A DNA stretch of 64,000 nucleotides from Thiohalocapsa sp. (GTDB taxonomy: Bacteria > Pseudomonadota > Gammaproteobacteria > Chromatiales > Chromatiaceae). Below the pieces are notes generated by a model, which was not told the origin of the DNA, searched no databases, and was given only the letters and a program-made list of their open reading frames with translations. The stretch lies in NCBI RefSeq assembly GCF_022340605.1, contig NZ_JAJDNQ010000064.1:1586-65585 (forward strand). The letters run 5' to 3'. Shown here in pieces: positions 29,122-41,765 of the stretch. Within the stretch, counting starts at the first letter, position 1. Each line of letters begins with the position of its first letter. Position numbers and translations under genes: made by a program.

Positions 29122-29239
29122 CCTAGAAAGAGCAGTTGACCGCTTGCAATGGCGTCGAAGTGCCCGCGGTTGTTGGATGCTCGCGAGACGATGCACGTCA
29201 CCGGGCCAGGTGAGCGCCGCTCCGGCCGCTCTTTCTAGG
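29122..29239. mobile_element. 118-bp MITE-like element
   Basis: Terminal inverted repeats CCTAGAAAGAGC / GCTCTTTCTAGG flanked by direct TTCAA (29117-29121 and 29240-29244). Confidence 0.75.
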
Positions 29240-29287
29240 TTCAAGGTTCCGTCGGTCGGCCGGTATGCGGCTAAGCGTCGGCCCGCG

Positions 29288-29809
29288 TCAGGGCTGGGTG
29301 CCCTCCGGCAGCGGACGCAGCACATGAACAGTGATGGACGGCGTCGCGGCCACGCTGGCGGAGTCTGCGTCCTCAATCAGCACGCGGATGCGATGGGTGC
29401 CAAGCGCGAGCCCGTTGACCAGCAGTTGGGTCGAGCGCGGAACCTCGCCGGTAGCGGCGATGCCGTCCACTTCGATGACCATGCGATGCCCATCCATGAG
29501 CGCGGGTGACAGCACAAGCGAGACAGGCAGCGGTCCGTCCGGGTCACGCGTGCGGTGGTCGTTCTCAGGCGAGACGATCTCGAACATATCGTATGGGCCG
29601 AGAAAACCCGAATCCGCATCGGCGCCGCGCCGTGCCGCACTGTCGTCGGCTGCGGCGTCGGCACTGTCCACTGGCAGCTCGATTCTCTCGCCATTGGGCA
29701 GCGGCCGATCGGAGAAGACCGTCTGCCCATCGGGGCCGATTGCGCGATACACCTGGGCTTGGATGCTCACGCAAGACGACAGCAACAGCAGGGAGAGAAA
29801 CGCTCGCAT
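29288..29809 (-). CDS. DUF4124-domain exported protein
   Basis: Signal peptide, VYRAIGPDGQTVFSDRP motif, Ig-like C-terminus; usual position between glnA and ntrB. Confidence 0.85.
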   Translation of the reverse strand: MRAFLSLLLLSSCVSIQAQVYRAIGPDGQTVFSDRPLPNGERIELPVDSADAAADDSAARRGADADSGFLGPYDMFEIVSPENDHRTRDPDGPLPVSLVLSPALMDGHRMVIEVDGIAATGEVPRSTQLLVNGLALGTHRIRVLIEDADSASVAATPSITVHVLRPLPEGTQP

Positions 29810-30124
29810 CTTTCGCTCGCAGGTGCGGTTGATGAAAGTGTGACGGCGGATGACCTCGGTCCAAGGGCGGCGCCGATGCACATAGGCCAGAACCTGCCGT
29901 TGTTGGCGTTCGGTTGTAGCGCAGTGCCGGAGCGGGGGCAAGGCAGCGTTGGCGACGGTGGGACGGGGTTCGCGCGCCAGGGGCAAAGAGGGCCTTCAGG
30001 TCAGCGCCGATGGCCAACGGAGGGCAGCGCGGCGGACAGTTCAAAGCGGGCAGAGTACAGGGCTCCGTGTGCGAATTGGGGCATCGCGGGAAATACGGCA
30101 AGCCTATTCGGGGACGCGACGATA

Positions 30125-30178
30125 GAGCGGGAGGCGACTCCCGCTCGAGGCGTCACGGTCGGCCGAGACGGCCGACCG
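30125..30178 (-). terminator. Two GC-rich hairpins after glnA (terminator or mRNA stabiliser)
   Basis: GAGCGGGAG-GCGA-CTCCCGCTC and CGGTCGGCCG-AGA-CGGCCGACCG; no clear U tract. Confidence 0.55.
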
Positions 30179-30187
30179 GATGCCGGC

Positions 30188-31594
30188 TTAGAGGCTGTAG
30201 TACAGGTCGAACTCGATCGGATGGGTGGTCATGCGCAGCAGCGTGACCTCTTGCATCTTGAGGGCGATGTAGCCGTCGATGACATCGTCGGTGAAGACGC
30301 CGCCGGCGGTCAGGAACTCGCGATCCTTGTCCAGCTCGGCGAGTGCTTGGTCCAGCGCGTAGCAGACCTGCGGGATGGACTTCTCCTCTTCCGGCGGCAG
30401 GTCGTACAGGTCCTTGTCCATGGCATCGCCCGGGTGGATCTTGTTCATGATGCCGTCGAGGCCGGCCATCATCATCGCCGAGAACGACAGGTACGGATTG
30501 CCCATGCTGTCGGGGAAGCGCACCTCGATGCGCCGCGCCTTCGGGTTCGCATCATGCGGGATGCGGATGGACGCGGAGCGGTTGCGAGCCGAGTAGGCCA
30601 GCATGACAGGCGCCTCGAAGCCCGGCACGAGGCGCTTGTAGGAGTTGGTGGAGGCGTTGGTCAGCGCGTTCAGCGCGCGGGCATGCTTGATGATGCCGCC
30701 GATGTAGTACAGCGCGGCCTCGGACAGACCGCCGTACTTGTCGCCGGAGAAGATGTTCTCACCGTCCTTGCCCAGGGACTGGTGCACGTGCATGCCGTTG
30801 CCGTTGTCGCCCACCAGCGGCTTGGGCATGAAGGTAGCCGTCTTGCCGTATGCATGAGCGACGTTGTGCACGCAGTACTTGAGGATCTGGTTCCAGTCGG
30901 CGCGTTGCACCAGGGTGGTGAAACGAGTGCCGATCTCGCACTGGCCGGCCGTAGCCACCTCGTGATGGTGGACCTCCACGGGGACGCCCATCTCTTCCAT
31001 CGCCAGGCACATGGCCCCACGCAGATCCATCAGAGAGTCCACCGGCGGCACCGGGAAGTAGCCACCCTTGATGCCCGGACGATGGCCCATGTTGCCGTCT
31101 TCGAACACGCGCTCGGAGTTCCACTCGGCCTCGTCGGAGTCGACCTTGTAGAAGGCGCCGCTCATGTCCGCACCCCAGCGGACATCGTCGAGCACGAAGA
31201 ACTCGGGCTCGGGACCGAAATAGGCGGTGTCGGCGATGCCCGTGGACTTGAGGTAGGCCTCGGCACGCTTGGCCACCGAGCGCGGATCGCGCTCATAGCC
31301 CTGCATGGTGGAGGGCTCGAGAATGTCGCAGCGGATGATCAGCGTGTTCTCGTCAGCGAAGGGGTCCATGACCGCCGTCTCTGCCTCCGGCATCAGCACC
31401 ATGTCTGAAGACTCGATGCCTTTCCAACCGGCGATCGAGGAGCCGTCGAACATCTTGCCATCCTGGAACAGCGACTCGTTGACGACGCTCGCGGGCAGGG
31501 ACACATGCTGCTCCTTGCCGCGCGTGTCGGTGAAGCGCAGATCAACGAACTTCACGTCCTCGTTCTTGATAGTCTCCAGGACCTTCGATGCCAT
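30188..31594 (-). CDS. glnA: Glutamine synthetase type I
   Basis: [59 protein letters not shown] adenylylation site. Confidence 0.99.
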   Translation of the reverse strand: MASKVLETIKNEDVKFVDLRFTDTRGKEQHVSLPASVVNESLFQDGKMFDGSSIAGWKGIESSDMVLMPEAETAVMDPFADENTLIIRCDILEPSTMQGYERDPRSVAKRAEAYLKSTGIADTAYFGPEPEFFVLDDVRWGADMSGAFYKVDSDEAEWNSERVFEDGNMGHRPGIKGGYFPVPPVDSLMDLRGAMCLAMEEMGVPVEVHHHEVATAGQCEIGTRFTTLVQRADWNQILKYCVHNVAHAYGKTATFMPKPLVGDNGNGMHVHQSLGKDGENIFSGDKYGGLSEAALYYIGGIIKHARALNALTNASTNSYKRLVPGFEAPVMLAYSARNRSASIRIPHDANPKARRIEVRFPDSMGNPYLSFSAMMMAGLDGIMNKIHPGDAMDKDLYDLPPEEEKSIPQVCYALDQALAELDKDREFLTAGGVFTDDVIDGYIALKMQEVTLLRMTTHPIEFDLYYSL

Positions 31595-31734
31595 ATTGTT
31601 GCTCTCCCGTCGGTTCGGTTGGGGGTTACAGATGAGCCAGCGCCGCGAGGGCACGAACGCCGGCATTTGCCCGATGCGTCCTTATGGAAGGGTCGCGTCG
31701 TCGCGTGTCACCGCAGTCTCGGCAACAGCCCAAG

Positions 31735-31750
31735 GCAGTTTCCGTGCCAA
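31735..31750 (-). promoter_or_regulatory. Sigma54 (-24/-12) promoter of glnA
   Basis: Minus strand TTGGCACGGAAACTGC. Confidence 0.85.
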
Positions 31751-31901
31751 GCGCCATTCGTACTGTAGCGCCGCGCACTCGCGAGTCCTGGCCCTGTCCG
31801 TGCGGACCATGGCTGCGCACGTCCGCGCCGTTTGCCTCTCGCGCAGGGGCGCCAGCGGGCAGTGGTGCGCGGCGTTCGGGCTGACCGCAGCCGTCTCGCG
31901 A

Positions 31902-31949
31902 CGCACCAGAAATAGGCACAGGATGATCAGGTCGCACTATCTTGGTGCG
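31902..31949. promoter_or_regulatory. Tandem NtrC enhancer sites of glnA
   Basis: CGCACCAGAAATAGGCA (31902-31918) and CGCACTATCTTGGTGCG (31933-31949), 31 bp apart. Confidence 0.8.
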
Positions 31950-33126
31950 CGCCGCCAGCATAGATACTGATGCGACCAAAGACCGGATCGCCATCCAATG
32001 CTCGCGCCGCTCGGGCGGCCAGCTCGGGCGTGGCGTCAGCCTGGCGCACTGCGGATGTGGGCAGGTAGACCTCCACCTCGATGCGACCATCCAGGTAGTG
32101 CAGCTGAACGCGCTCGGGGCGCGCGAGCTCGGGAAACTGCGACCAATACCCCGCAAGCCGCATCAAGACCTCGCGCCGGCTCGGCAAGCCCATCGTTGGT
32201 GGCGCAATATTATCGTCTTCTGGGTCGATATGGACGATAACGTCTTCGATTTCATCGAATCGACGCTTGAGTTCCTGCTCTACCTTGACGCTGATCAAGT
32301 GCCCTTCCGAGACGCTGATGTAGGGATCTACGAGGACATGCACATCGGTCGACACGATCCCGCCGAGCGAGCGGGTACGGAGCATGTGCAAGTCCCTCAC
32401 GCCGCCCACTTTTAGGATGGTCGTGCGCACCGCGGCGAGGCGCTCGGCGTCGAGTCCCGTGTCCACGAGCTCTCGGGCGGCGTCGACACCCAGCTCCCAA
32501 GCGATGCGCGCGATCATCACGGCGACGATCACAGCGGCGACCGCATCCAAATAGGGCAACCCGGCGATGGTGCCAGCGATGCCCACCAGCACAACGATGG
32601 ACGAGATGGCGTCGCTGCGGTGATGCCAGGCATTGGCGCGCAGCATATCGGAGCGAACGCGCTTGGCATAGGCCAGGGTGTACCAGTACAGCCATTCCTT
32701 GACCAGGATGGAGCCCAGCGCAGCATAGAGCGTGATCAAGGCGGGGGTCGCGAGACTCTCCGGCTCGAACAACCGCTTCGTCGCGTCCCAGCCGACGCCG
32801 AGTGCCACGAGCATCAGCAACAACGCAAGCGCCAGCGTGGCAACGGTTTCGTAGCGGCCGTGACCATAAGGATGCTCCAAGTCCGGAGCCCGGCTGGCAT
32901 GGTGCCCGGCGATCCACACCAGCGCATCGGTGGCGAGATCGGACAACGAGTGCACGCCGTCGGCGATGAGGGCGTGCGAGTGGCCAACCCAACCGACCGC
33001 GATCTTCACCCCGGACAAGACCAGATTGGCGAGCGCGCCCACCAGGGCAGTCCGAGTGACGGCCTCGCGGCGCTCGCGCAGACGCTGCTCGCCCTCGCTC
33101 ACGGCAGCGGTGCTTGCTGTTTCCAT
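31927..33126 (-). CDS. Cation diffusion facilitator (CDF) transporter with C-terminal extension
   Basis: SHALIADGVHSLSD, HPYGHGRYE, ANAWHHRSDAISS, SVSEGH, VHIDP. Confidence 0.95.
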   Translation of the reverse strand: METASTAAVSEGEQRLRERREAVTRTALVGALANLVLSGVKIAVGWVGHSHALIADGVHSLSDLATDALVWIAGHHASRAPDLEHPYGHGRYETVATLALALLLMLVALGVGWDATKRLFEPESLATPALITLYAALGSILVKEWLYWYTLAYAKRVRSDMLRANAWHHRSDAISSIVVLVGIAGTIAGLPYLDAVAAVIVAVMIARIAWELGVDAARELVDTGLDAERLAAVRTTILKVGGVRDLHMLRTRSLGGIVSTDVHVLVDPYISVSEGHLISVKVEQELKRRFDEIEDVIVHIDPEDDNIAPPTMGLPSRREVLMRLAGYWSQFPELARPERVQLHYLDGRIEVEVYLPTSAVRQADATPELAARAARALDGDPVFGRISIYAGGAHQDSAT

Positions 33127-33375
33127 CTCGGTCTCCCGCGACTGCCGCGCGCCCGCTGAGACGATCGCGCTCGATCACACTCGACGGCGGAGGCACCGTC
33201 CCGTGTCGACGACGTGTGGGCGGATAACACGTAGGATCGGCAGCGCTTGGTGTACAGCCGGCCGCCGAGGTGGCGATTATAGGGAATGCGCGCACCAGGG
33301 ACATCGCCCGGTGTGGTTCGACAGTGCACATTGTCGATAAAATGCGCGTTTTCGCCAAGCTGACGGATCAACCAT

Positions 33376-34284
33376 TTGACCATCCAAGCTGTCGCACCGA
33401 CCACTTTCCAGGAGCTGATCTTCCGACTCCAGACCTACTGGGCCGAGCGCGGCTGCGTCGTGCTGCAACCCTACGACATGGAGGTGGGTGCCGGAACCTT
33501 TCATCCTGCCACCTTCCTGCGGGCGATCGGGCCTGAACCCTGGAACTGTGCCTATGTCCAGCCCTCTCGCCGCCCCACCGATGGGCGCTATGGTGAGAAT
33601 CCCAATCGCCTGCAGCATTATTACCAGTATCAGGTCATCCTGAAGCCTTCACCCATCGACATCCAGGAGCAGTACCTCAAGTCGCTCAGGATGCTCGGTA
33701 TCGATCCACTGGTGCATGACATCCGCTTCGTGGAGGACAACTGGGAATCGCCCACGCTCGGCGCTTGGGGGCTCGGTTGGGAGGTCTGGCTCAACGGCAT
33801 GGAAGTGACGCAGTTCACGTACTTCCAGCAGGTGGGCGGACTCGAGTGTCGCCCGGTGAGCGGCGAGATCACTTACGGGCTCGAGCGGATCGCGATGTAT
33901 CTCCAGGGTGTCGAGAGTGTGTTCGCGCTGAAGTGGGCGGACACACCGCTGGGGCCGGTCAGCTATGGCGACGTGTTTCTGCAAAACGAGCGCGAGCAGT
34001 CCACCTACAACTTCGAGCACGCGGACGTGCCGGCCTTGTTCGCGGCATTCGATGTTGCCGAGCGCCAGAGTAAGGCTTTGATCGAGGCATCCCTGCCGCT
34101 GCCCGCGTACGAGCAGGTGTTGAAGGCTTCGCACCTGTTCAATCTGCTCGATGCGCGGGGGGCGCTGTCGGTGACCGAGCGACAGCGATTCATCCTGCGG
34201 GTGCGGACCCTGGCGCGCGCGGTGGCCGAGGCCTATTACGCCAGCCGCGAGGCGCTTGGCTTCCCAATGCTGCGTACGCACTGA
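33376..34284 (+). CDS. glyQ: Glycine--tRNA ligase alpha subunit
   Basis: [49 protein letters not shown]. Confidence 0.99.
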   Translation: MTIQAVAPTTFQELIFRLQTYWAERGCVVLQPYDMEVGAGTFHPATFLRAIGPEPWNCAYVQPSRRPTDGRYGENPNRLQHYYQYQVILKPSPIDIQEQYLKSLRMLGIDPLVHDIRFVEDNWESPTLGAWGLGWEVWLNGMEVTQFTYFQQVGGLECRPVSGEITYGLERIAMYLQGVESVFALKWADTPLGPVSYGDVFLQNEREQSTYNFEHADVPALFAAFDVAERQSKALIEASLPLPAYEQVLKASHLFNLLDARGALSVTERQRFILRVRTLARAVAEAYYASREALGFPMLRTH

Positions 34285-34294
34285 GGTGGAACTA

Positions 34295-36382
34295 ATGGAA
34301 CGCGCCCAAGATTTGCTTATTGAAATCGGCACAGAAGAACTGCCGCCGACCGCGCTATTGCGACTGTCCGAATCCTTCACAGAGGAGGTTCGCCGGCAGT
34401 TCGATGCACATGGCCTGACCCACGGGAGCATCGAGTCGTTCGCGACGCCGCGCCGCCTTTCGCTGCTGGTCCGGGAGCTCGCCACGCGGCAGCCGGATCG
34501 GGAGGACGTACGCCGTGGTCCTGCGGTAAAGGCGGCGTTCGATGCCGAAGGCCAGCCCACCAAGGCAGCCCTCGGATTCGCCAAGTCGTGCGGCGTCGAA
34601 GTGTCGGAGCTCGCGCGAGAAGAGACCGACAAGGGTGCCTGGCTCGTTCACCGTCGCGCCGAAACCGGCCAGGCAACGCAGGACCTGTTGCCGGAGTTGG
34701 CGGCCAACGCCTTGGGTAAACTGCCGATCCCAAAGCGCATGCGCTGGGGGGCCGGGGAGGTGAGCTTCGTCCGGCCCGTACAATGGGTCTGCGCCGTATT
34801 CGGTGACAAGGCTGTTCCCGGCACGCTCATGGGTGTGGAGATCGGCAACCAAACCTACGGCCATCGCTTCCATCACCCGCAGCCAATTACGATAGAGACC
34901 CCGACCGACTACGCCGCCAGCTTGAGGCGTGCCCACGTGGAGCCGGAGTTTGCCGCTCGCCGCGAATCCATTTACGAGCAGGTGAAGGCGCTCGCAGCGT
35001 CAGTCGATGGTGAGGCGAGCATGCCCTCCGATCTACTGGACGAGGTCACCGCACTGTGCGAGTGGCCGGTGGCCGTGCTGGGCCACTTCGACGAGGCGTT
35101 TCTGGAAGTACCGGCCGAGGTGCTGATCGAGACGATGCAGCAGCACCAGAAGTATTTCTCCCTGGTCGGGAAAAACGGGATGCTGCTGCCGTATTTCGTT
35201 GCCGTCAGCAATATCGAGAGCAGAAGCCCCGATGTCGTGCGTGCTGGCAACGAGCGGGTGATCCGACCGCGCTTCAGTGACGCACGCTTCTTCTGGGAGC
35301 AGGATCTGCGCGTGCCACTTGGCGAGCGTCGCGAGACGCTGGAGCGCGTAGTCTTCCAGCACAAGCTCGGAAGCGTGGCGGAGAAATCGAGGCGCGTCGC
35401 CAGCGTCGCCCGCCAGATCGCCGAGATGCTGGGCTATGATGCGTCATTGGTGGAGCGGGCTGCGCAGATCGCGAAATGCGACCTCGTCACCGCGATGGTC
35501 GGGGAATTTGCCGTACTTCAGGGCACCATGGGTCGCTACTACGCCTCGCGCAGCGGCGAAGACCCGTGCGTCGTCGCGGCCATGGAAGAACAGTATCTGC
35601 CGCGGCAGGCCGGAGACCGGCTGCCCGACACCGAGTGCGGCCGCGTCCTGGCGCTGGCGGACAGATTGGACACGCTGGTGGGCATTTTCGCCATCGGCGA
35701 GCGTCCAACCGGCGTCAAGGATCCGTACGGGCTGAGGCGAGCTGCCATCGGCGTCCTGCGCATCCTGATTGAAACCCCCCTCGCCCTCGACCTGCGCGGG
35801 CTCCTAAACGATGCAGCGGCGGCATTTCCGGCGGAGATCCAGGCGAGTCTCGCGGTGCCCGATGCTTACGCATACATTATGGAGCGGTTGCGTGGCTATT
35901 ACGCCGAGCAGGGAGTCGGCGCGGATGCCATAGAGGCCGTGATGGCCGTCGACGCCTCGGTGCCAAGCGATTTCGACAAACGCGTGCGTGCTGTAACCGA
36001 CTTTGCCGGCCTCGAGGCTGCGTCAGCGTTGTCTGCGGCCAACAAGCGCATCGCTAATATCCTGAAGAAGTCCGACGTAGAAGCCGGTCATGTAGCGGTA
36101 GCGCAGGACCTGTTGTCCGAGCCTGCTGAACGAGCGCTCGCGGACCAGGTCGAGGCGCTGCGCGAGCGTATCACCCCGATGCTGAAACTGGGGGACTACT
36201 CAGCCGCGTTGACGGCTCTGGCGGAGTTGCGAGCAGACGTTGATCGCTTCTTCGATGACGTGATGGTCATGGCGGAGGATTCCTCCCTGCGCGCAAATCG
36301 GGTGGCCTTGGTTCAGGCTGTGGGCGAACTGTTTTCCAGCATCGCAGACATCTCGAGACTGCGTGTCGGCGAGCAGCCGTAA
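34295..36382 (+). CDS. glyS: Glycine--tRNA ligase beta subunit
   Basis: LLIEIGTEELPP, TPRRL, PIPKRMRWG, GNERVIRPRFSDA, DPYGLRR, FFDDVMVM. Confidence 0.98.
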   Translation: MERAQDLLIEIGTEELPPTALLRLSESFTEEVRRQFDAHGLTHGSIESFATPRRLSLLVRELATRQPDREDVRRGPAVKAAFDAEGQPTKAALGFAKSCGVEVSELAREETDKGAWLVHRRAETGQATQDLLPELAANALGKLPIPKRMRWGAGEVSFVRPVQWVCAVFGDKAVPGTLMGVEIGNQTYGHRFHHPQPITIETPTDYAASLRRAHVEPEFAARRESIYEQVKALAASVDGEASMPSDLLDEVTALCEWPVAVLGHFDEAFLEVPAEVLIETMQQHQKYFSLVGKNGMLLPYFVAVSNIESRSPDVVRAGNERVIRPRFSDARFFWEQDLRVPLGERRETLERVVFQHKLGSVAEKSRRVASVARQIAEMLGYDASLVERAAQIAKCDLVTAMVGEFAVLQGTMGRYYASRSGEDPCVVAAMEEQYLPRQAGDRLPDTECGRVLALADRLDTLVGIFAIGERPTGVKDPYGLRRAAIGVLRILIETPLALDLRGLLNDAAAAFPAEIQASLAVPDAYAYIMERLRGYYAEQGVGADAIEAVMAVDASVPSDFDKRVRAVTDFAGLEAASALSAANKRIANILKKSDVEAGHVAVAQDLLSEPAERALADQVEALRERITPMLKLGDYSAALTALAELRADVDRFFDDVMVMAEDSSLRANRVALVQAVGELFSSIADISRLRVGEQP

Positions 36383-36386
36383 CGAG

Positions 36387-36926
36387 ATGAAGCTCGTCAT
36401 TCTAGACCGCGATGGGGTCATCAACGAGGAGTCACGGGATTTCATCCGCTCACCGGACGACTTACATCCCATTGAGGGCAGCTTGGAAGCCATCGCGCGC
36501 TTTACGCGAGCCGGAGTCCACGTCGCCGTCGCGACCAACCAGTCCGGCTTGGCGCGCGGCTACTTTGACATCGATACCCTTAATCGGATCCATGCCTTCC
36601 TGAGCAGCCGGGCCGCGGCAGTCGGCGGTCGCATCGATGTAATCGCCTTCTGTCCGCACGGACCCGATGCTGGTTGCGCGTGCCGAAAGCCCGAGCCCGG
36701 CCTGCTGCGAAGCTTGGCGGATCGCTTTTCGGTGCATCTGCAGTCGGTGCCTTTCGTGGGCGACTCGCTGCGGGACCTGTATGCTGCCGAGCGCGCAGGC
36801 GCCCGGCCGGTGCTGGTTCGCACCGGAAACGGTAACGAGGTCGCGCGCGCGCTACCGCCAGCGTTCTCTAGTGTACCGATTTATCCTGACTTGCTCGCCG
36901 CCAGTGAGGCTTTGCTGTCACCTTAG
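36387..36926 (+). CDS. gmhB: D-glycero-beta-D-manno-heptose 1,7-bisphosphate 7-phosphatase
   Basis: LDRDGVIN, ATNQSG, CPH...CACRKPEPG, VGDSLRD. Confidence 0.95.
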   Translation: MKLVILDRDGVINEESRDFIRSPDDLHPIEGSLEAIARFTRAGVHVAVATNQSGLARGYFDIDTLNRIHAFLSSRAAAVGGRIDVIAFCPHGPDAGCACRKPEPGLLRSLADRFSVHLQSVPFVGDSLRDLYAAERAGARPVLVRTGNGNEVARALPPAFSSVPIYPDLLAASEALLSP

Positions 36927-36935
36927 TTTCCAGCC

Positions 36936-37649
36936 ATGACACTGTTTCGCTCGCTCCTGTTCCTGCTCGCATTCTCGCTCACCGTAGTCGGCTTCGGTGG
37001 CCTCATACTGGTGTCCTCCGCCTTCGCGCCCGACCACGTTCTGCATCGTATTGCGCGCGGCTGGTCTCTGACGGTGCTGGCATTGCTGCGCGCAATTTGC
37101 GGCCTGTCGTATCGCGTCCACGGACTGGAGAACCTACCGGATGGGCCTTCGGTTTTGATGTGCAAGCATCAAAGCGCTTGGGAAACCGTCGCCCTGCCGT
37201 CCCTCCTGCCAGTGAAGCAGTCGTGGGTGCTGAAACAGGAGTTGATTCGGATTCCGTTCTACGGGTGGGCGCTACGCGCCCTGAAGCCCATCGCCATCAA
37301 CCGCGCAACCGCCCGTGCAGCGATGAAGCAGCTCCTGTCGGATGGCGCCGCGGCGCTCGCACAGGGACGTTCCGTGCTGATCTTTCCGGAGGGAACAAGA
37401 GTGGCCGTTGGGCAGCGCCGGCCCTTCAGCATTGGCGGCGCCATTCTAGCGGAGAGATGCGGCGTGCCAGTGGTGCCAATTGCGCACAACTCCGGCGTCT
37501 ACTGGGAACGTCGCGGAATACTGCGGCACTCTGGTTGCGTGGAGGTTGTTGTCGGCGAGTCCATTCCTGCCGCTGACCACTCTGCAAAGGAAATCAATAG
37601 GCGCGCGGAGGACTGGATCAACGCTCAGGTAGATTCGCTGCCGACTTAG
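36936..37649 (+). CDS. plsC: 1-acyl-sn-glycerol-3-phosphate acyltransferase
   Basis: KHQSAWET, IFPEGTR, VPVVPIAHN; glyS-gmhB-plsC synteny. Confidence 0.92.
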   Translation: MTLFRSLLFLLAFSLTVVGFGGLILVSSAFAPDHVLHRIARGWSLTVLALLRAICGLSYRVHGLENLPDGPSVLMCKHQSAWETVALPSLLPVKQSWVLKQELIRIPFYGWALRALKPIAINRATARAAMKQLLSDGAAALAQGRSVLIFPEGTRVAVGQRRPFSIGGAILAERCGVPVVPIAHNSGVYWERRGILRHSGCVEVVVGESIPAADHSAKEINRRAEDWINAQVDSLPT

Positions 37650-37651
37650 GC

Positions 37652-37873
37652 GCACCTCGAAAAATTCGAGGTGCCCGTGCGGGGAAAGGATGCCTGTGTC
37701 GTTTCTCAAGCGCCCAAGCGCTTGAGAAATGACGCCAAGTGGAGACCGCGTTTTCGCTTCGTGTCTCGAAAAATGCCATGAAGGCATTGTTCGAGGCCCC
37801 CTTTAGGGGGCACGGTAGTATCCGCATGGCAATGGTAAGGCGCTCGGCCCGACCCCGAGGATCGGCAAGGGCC
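37652..37873. repeat. Cluster of consecutive hairpins in the plsC-gyrB convergent intergenic region
   Basis: Stems at 37652-37674, 37702-37729, 37765-37795, 37796-37811 and ~37846-37873. Confidence 0.7.
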
Positions 37874-38067
37874 TGGTCGGACGGCATGGCACGATCGGCG
37901 CGAAACTCGAGGCTCGTGAGAAAACAGGAGGTTCTCGATCTCCTTCATCGTCAGCGTCGCGCGTTCGGAATCTCGGGCTATCGCAAATACGGCACCTGGC
38001 ATCCTGCCCGGCGGGACGCGACGCATCGTTCTACATTTCCTCCAAGACTGGTGACGGCCGTGCCGTT

Positions 38068-40689
<2,622 letters not shown>

Positions 40690-40721
40690 TCAGGACGCAG
40701 GAACGGCTGCACGGGCGGACG

Positions 40722-41747
40722 CTAGTCGAGGCGAAGTGCCCCCTGTTCCACGTGGAACGTCGCCGCCGGGCTGCCAGCAAAATCGAGGCTCGCTACGTCG
40801 TCGAGGCTGGTGATCACAACCTGATCGGCGGCCCTACTCCACGCCTCCAGCAGTGGCGGGATTAGCCGGGAACTGACTTCGGAATAAGGATCATCCAAGA
40901 GAACAACCGGCCGATTCCCTGTTGCTGACACCATCACTTCCTGGGCGGCCATCTGTAGGACGATGCCCGCCAGTTTGTTTTCTCCGCGCGATCCGCGCCA
41001 CGGCGCGCCATTCCGCAAGAAGCTTACGTCGCCCCGGGAGGGCGACAGGAAGGTAAATCCACGCATGGAATCCGACGGCAACTGAGCGCGCAACAATGCT
41101 GTCAGCGACTCTCCCCGTCCGGTCCAATCCCACCGCAGACCTAGAGGCCCCGTGGGCACGAGTTCTGCCGTCAACGTGCGAAACGTAGTGTCCAGCCTAT
41201 CGAGGAACCGGGACCGGCGGCTCCAAAGCTCCTCAAGATGGTTGGCGTACGGCTCATCCCATACCGGCACCCCGCGCGCGCCCGACCGCAGCCAGGCATT
41301 CCGCTGTCGCTGCAGTCGACCCAGTTTCGCCCAGAGCTCCCTCACGTCATGTTCCACGTGGAACAGGGACCAATCGAAAAACTGCCGCCGAAGCTCAGGA
41401 TCTCCCTCAACGATGCTGAAGCTGCTGACCCCGACGAACCGTGTCAACTGTGGACCGCCGGGCCTCGCGCCATGTCCCGAGCTCATCCACGAGAGCGACT
41501 GCCACCGATCCCGATCCAGAACAACCTTGCCCGCAATCGCCGTCCCCCGCTCCCCCCGCGTCGTCAGCGGCCCGCCTCTCCTGCCCCGAAACGTCCGGCC
41601 CCGATCCATCAGGTACAGCGCTTCGAGTAACGTCGTCTTGCCAGCTCCGTTCGGGCCTCGTACCCACACCAAGCCTCGCGGCAATGCGGCCGCGGCGGAA
41701 CGAATGCAGCGCAAGTTTTGAATGCGGATGGACTCGATCCACGCCAA
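40722..41747 (-). CDS. recF: DNA replication/repair protein RecF (divergent)
   Basis: GPNGAGKTTLLEA Walker A, RRQFFDWSLFHVE, QRNAWLR, SRGENK signature, VLLDD Walker B; dnaN-recF-gyrB synteny. Confidence 0.88.
   Translation of the reverse strand: MAWIESIRIQNLRCIRSAAAALPRGLVWVRGPNGAGKTTLLEALYLMDRGRTFRGRRGGPLTTRGERGTAIAGKVVLDRDRWQSLSWMSSGHGARPGGPQLTRFVGVSSFSIVEGDPELRRQFFDWSLFHVEHDVRELWAKLGRLQRQRNAWLRSGARGVPVWDEPYANHLEELWSRRSRFLDRLDTTFRTLTAELVPTGPLGLRWDWTGRGESLTALLRAQLPSDSMRGFTFLSPSRGDVSFLRNGAPWRGSRGENKLAGIVLQMAAQEVMVSATGNRPVVLLDDPYSEVSSRLIPPLLEAWSRAADQVVITSLDDVASLDFAGSPAATFHVEQGALRLD
40744..40759. promoter_or_regulatory. parS centromere site (ParB binding)
   Basis: TGTTCCACGTGGAACG, one mismatch to the palindrome. 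Confidence 0.85.
41350..41365. promoter_or_regulatory. parS centromere site (ParB binding)
   Basis: Perfect palindrome TGTTCCACGTGGAACA. Confidence 0.92.
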
Positions 41748-41765
41748 CGGGAAATCTTCTACCAG

